The translations under genes were made by a program, and so were the position numbers. 64,000 bases of DNA from Podarcis tiliguerta (taxonomy: Eukaryota), in assembly GCA_965153285.1 (NCBI GenBank), contig OZ229122.1, one strand, 5' to 3'. This document shows positions 60,901-64,000 of the stretch, piece after piece (the first letter of the stretch is position 1; the number at the start of each line of letters is the position of its first letter). Below the pieces are notes generated by a model that did no database searches, was not told the DNA's origin, and saw only the letters and a list, made by a program, of their open reading frames with translations.

Positions 60901-63841
60901 AGAAACTTCTGGTAGCTGAATCTGGCCATTTCCCATCATTAAACACCAGCAAAGCTTGGTGGTGTTTGACTTAGCAAAGTTTGGAGAATGTCTTTTGGGC
61001 ATGTGATAGCCCAGCATTGGGGGGGGGGGGGGCGGGCAGGGGATTGACTTCAAGATTTTATGGCAGTTAAATTGACAGTGAAGTGAGGGGAAACCCCATC
61101 AGTTACCACAGCTGTACATATTTGCATTATGGTTGGCTGCAATGTAGATAAGCCCTCTAACTCAACAGCCTTCCAGGGTGTCTGATTGTATTTGTCCATA
61201 TTCATGAATTCCTTATCTGGAATGTCTCTTGATTTAAGCTGGATCCGTCATTAATTTGACTTTACTAACTCCTCTTAGTGGACTTTGGTACTGTCCAGCT
61301 CTGAGAGAGAGTTCTAGACTGGCAACGTAAGCCTGTGGGTAATTTAGTGGAAACTGAGAAGAATTTAAACGGCTTCAGTAAGTGGCAATATTTTTCTCAC
61401 TCTCCATCCCAGACTAGTCTGAGTTAATCATTTTGTTAATGTCCTAGGCCTTTAGCAAAAAAAAGGTTGATGACAGAAAGGAGTGGCTGACAAACTTCAT
61501 GCAAGATCGAAGGGAGAGGAAGCTTCATGGCCTTCCAGACGTGAGTTGCCATTAGAGGAGCATGGGATTCTCACTACATGGTTTGGGGGAGGACTAGTTC
61601 AATGGCAGAACACATGCTTCACACTAGAAGGTCCAGGATGAATCCCTAGCATTGGCAGGTTGCAGGAAACTTGAGAGATTTCTGCCTGGATCCCTGGAGA
61701 GCTGCTGCTAGTTAGAGGGAACAGACCAGATAAAAGGCACCTTCTTAAAAGACTACGGTTTTTGACAGTCAAGCATTATTTCAGCAGTTGGCCAGGGGGT
61801 TAATGCACTGTGGGTAAAATGCAGGACAGTAGAGCAGTCACTTTTCTTTTCACTGCTTTGGAGCTAATGAAAGTTTGCTTCCAAATGCAAATAACAGTTG
61901 GGGGGGGCGTGATTTTCCTTAAGATTGCAGCTGGTTAAAGGGACGGAGGGTTAAATTATGTCACCATAGCCCCGATCAGATCCGTCTGTGTTTTTGCTTT
62001 AAAAACTGTCACATTTAACACCATGTGTTGCTTTGCCCCTCAGTGAAAGGGTAAGGAGGAAGGAGCTTGTTTTATGGTGTGGTAATGGATTAGAATGAAA
62101 GTAAAGGAGGAAGGGCTAAAGTGTCGCTAGTATATAACAATTGAAGTTTCCTGCAATTCTTCCTGTGCCCTCTTGAGCTCAGAGTTTGTTGCATGCATGT
62201 TCATCACTGTACAACAACAAATACCCAGTCGCCAGGGCGAAACACAGACCAAGCTTTTCACAGCGGTTGTCATATTAAACGTAAGACCTCAATGCAGGCA
62301 GTTAACATTTTCACTTGGGAGTCAGCAGTGATGAGCTCAAATGATGCCTGCATTTCTGGATCTGCCCTTTGCTAGCAGTTCTCAGTACCTATATATGTTT
62401 GCATCAGGGTATATTGTTTCCTTTGTGCTATGATGGGGATGACACTTGAAGGCTACTATAGTAGAGGCAGCAGTTTTGAAGGTTTGATAACTTAATCTTG
62501 CTTTGTCACTCGTAGGTTTACTTATATGGCAAAAGTACAAATTACCTGACCTACAATGATTTTATCAACAAAGAACTTGTCCTCTTCTCAAATTCTGACA
62601 ATGAGCGATCCATCCCATCACTGGTTGATGGTAAGTTATCTGTTATACTTCTTCATAATCTAGATCAAGTTTCCTATTATTTCAAACATAGTTCCCCTTA
62701 TAAACATAGCTGTCATTATTTTATTAGCAGACCCAGGCAACAAAGGCAGGTTCACTCCTGCTTGAAGCAGAATTCAGAGTACAGTATTTGAAAATGTAAA
62801 CTACTTTAATTATTTGCTGTGATATAAGGTGTGTGTGTGGGTGTATAGAAAACCAGTGGCAAGAGAACAAAAACAGCTTACTGCACTTCTGTGTGCACTT
62901 AAGTATTCAAAGTGATGCAGCATTGGAGGGCGTTTGGGTTTTTTTATCCTACTTTTCTACGAATTTATCCAAGCAGCCTGTACAGTAAAAAACAAAATAC
63001 ATCATAGGAGTAAAAACAAAATTAATATATATATATATATATATATATCAATAACCACTAAAATGTGGGAGCAGCATTTGTCTATAGGTACCAAACTATC
63101 AAGAAAGTTTCCAGGGAATCTGTTGAGTGCTGAACTGGCATCCTTGCCTTAACTGAGAGGTGCTGGTTATCGAAGGAAAGAAGCCTATTGCTTGACTTGA
63201 AGCAACCTGCTTGTTGTTCTTTTCAGGACTGAAACCAGGTCAGAGGAAAGTTCTGTTCACATGCTTCAAACGAAATGACAAGCGGGAAGTGAAGGTTGCC
63301 CAGTTGGCTGGATCAATAGCTGAGATGTCGTCTTACCACCATGGAGAGGTAGTTAAAATGCGGGTGGTGACTGGGCAAGAAATGGCCATGAGCTGCCAAG
63401 GAAGCAGTACTACTGCTCAAACAGTGTTTACATAATCAAACTTGTATTTGTTGTTGCTTTATAGTTATAATGATATTGATGTTATTAAATGTCAACCCTG
63501 CTGTGTCCCAAATGGTCTGAGCAGCATGCACAAACGCTTAAAGCGTCTGTCAGTTTCTGTTCTTCTGGCCGATGTTTGTGGCCAGTGTAATCTTGCCTTT
63601 GCAGCACCATTTCTTCAGTCCCAGGATGGTGGCCTTGTCCCTCTTTTAAAAGGAGATGCTTTCAGCTTCAGTTTGTTATGTTTTGGTTTCAGAACTCCCT
63701 GATGATGACCATCATCAATTTGGCTCAGAATTTTGTGGGCAGCAACAATCTCAATTTGCTTCAGCCCATTGGCCAGTTTGGCACCAGGCTGCATGGTGGG
63801 AAAGACTCTGCCAGCCCTCGATACATCTTCACAATGCTCAG
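48880..63841 (+). CDS. TOP2A: DNA topoisomerase II alpha, coding exons 1-20 (partial; continues right)
   Basis: Continuous spliced frame: ATPase ([22 protein letters not shown]), TOPRIM ([30 protein letters not shown]) and catalytic SASPRYIFT. Short exon 1, SASPRY and the IGFBP4 neighbour indicate the alpha paralog. Confidence 0.96.
50592..50744 (+). CDS. TOP2A: TOP2A exon 2
   Basis: PVDANPK...[32 protein letters not shown]. Confidence 0.93.
51055..51145 (+). CDS. TOP2A: TOP2A exon 3
   Basis: [30 protein letters not shown]. Confidence 0.95.
51439..51502 (+). CDS. TOP2A: TOP2A exon 4
   Basis: [21 protein letters not shown]. Confidence 0.95.
51861..52006 (+). CDS. TOP2A: TOP2A exon 5
   Basis: [48 protein letters not shown]. 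Confidence 0.95.
52629..52726 (+). CDS. TOP2A: TOP2A exon 6
   Basis: [33 protein letters not shown]. Confidence 0.95.
52848..53053. mobile_element. Tigger-like MITE in TOP2A intron 6
   Basis: TA|CAGTGGTACCTTGGGTT...AACCCAAGGTACCACTG|TA. Confidence 0.8.
53268..53480 (+). CDS. TOP2A: TOP2A exon 7
   Basis: [12 protein letters not shown]...[10 protein letters not shown]...RRAYDIAG...NGKNLL. Confidence 0.95.
53668..53841 (+). CDS. TOP2A: TOP2A exon 8
   Basis: [11 protein letters not shown]...[26 protein letters not shown]. Confidence 0.95.
54534..54635 (+). CDS. TOP2A: TOP2A exon 9
   Basis: [11 protein letters not shown]...VKPFQ. Confidence 0.95.
55182..55319 (+). CDS. TOP2A: TOP2A exon 10
   Basis: [46 protein letters not shown]. 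Confidence 0.95.
55372..55973. mobile_element. GC-rich Tc1/mariner-pogo MITE with 108-bp internal tandem repeats
   Basis: TA|CCGTATTTTTCGCCCCATAGGACGCAC...GTGCGTCCTATAGGGCGAAAAATACGG|TA; repeat units start at 55485, 55593 and 55701. Confidence 0.85.
56082..56220 (+). CDS. TOP2A: TOP2A exon 11
   Basis: [46 protein letters not shown]. Confidence 0.93.
56628..56785 (+). CDS. TOP2A: TOP2A exon 12
   Basis: [46 protein letters not shown]. Confidence 0.96.
57313..57702 (+). mobile_element. Sauria SINE in TOP2A intron 12
   Basis: Full head and tail; TSD cactgaatctta/cactgactctta. Confidence 0.85.
57740..57865 (+). CDS. TOP2A: TOP2A exon 13
   Basis: [20 protein letters not shown]...[12 protein letters not shown]. 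Confidence 0.95.
58605..58715 (+). CDS. TOP2A: TOP2A exon 14
   Basis: [37 protein letters not shown]. Confidence 0.96.
58850..58955 (+). CDS. TOP2A: TOP2A exon 15
   Basis: [20 protein letters not shown]...WKIKYYK. Confidence 0.95.
60050..60159 (+). CDS. TOP2A: TOP2A exon 16
   Basis: [35 protein letters not shown]. Confidence 0.95.
61448..61540 (+). CDS. TOP2A: TOP2A exon 17
   Basis: [31 protein letters not shown]. Confidence 0.95.
62516..62630 (+). CDS. TOP2A: TOP2A exon 18
   Basis: [38 protein letters not shown]. Confidence 0.95.
63227..63348 (+). CDS. TOP2A: TOP2A exon 19
   Basis: [41 protein letters not shown]. Confidence 0.96.
63693..63841 (+). CDS. TOP2A: TOP2A exon 20 (catalytic Tyr codon 63822-24)
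   Basis: [49 protein letters not shown]. Confidence 0.96.
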
Positions 63842-64000
63842 GTTAGCAACTCACTGTCCAACTTCTGCCTTCTTGGCTTTGGCTGGGTTGTTTTGAAAGA
63901 TATAATGTGGTTTTAACATGTTCCTAAATCTAATCACTATGATAATCTTGATGTAGCATGCCCTACAGCAGGAGGTTTAGCAAGATGGTCCTCTATCCTT

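Noticed and set aside
48880-63841. TOP2B
   Set aside because: The short exon 1, SASPRY active-site context, CCAAT-rich promoter and IGFBP4 linkage all point to TOP2A.

Overview
Vertebrate genomic DNA from a squamate reptile, probably a lacertid lizard (inferred from Sauria SINEs, a Bov-B/RTE LINE, Squam3/MIR-like SINEs and hAT/Tc1-mariner MITEs). It holds three genes. (1) IGFBP4 coding exon 1 on the minus strand (651->303; the rest lies left of the window). (2) TOP2A coding exons 1-20 on the plus strand (48880-63841, continuing right), behind a promoter with five inverted CCAAT boxes. (3) Between them, where the human locus has no known gene, an intact plus-strand multiplexin-type (collagen XV/XVIII family) gene. 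I reconstructed it by hand as 26 phase-consistent coding exons (14335-43531, 2610 nt, 869 aa). Its predicted protein has a signal peptide, a Trp-rich start, a Thr/Ser/Glu/Pro-rich mucin-like stalk with a triplicated 69-nt exon (two copies encode RGDS), four short Gly-X-Y segments with Cys-rich interruptions, a trimerization domain and a complete endostatin domain. The TSPN domain of collagens XV and XVIII is not detectable. This compact putative third vertebrate multiplexin is the main finding. All exon calls are manual, with no alignment or expression data.
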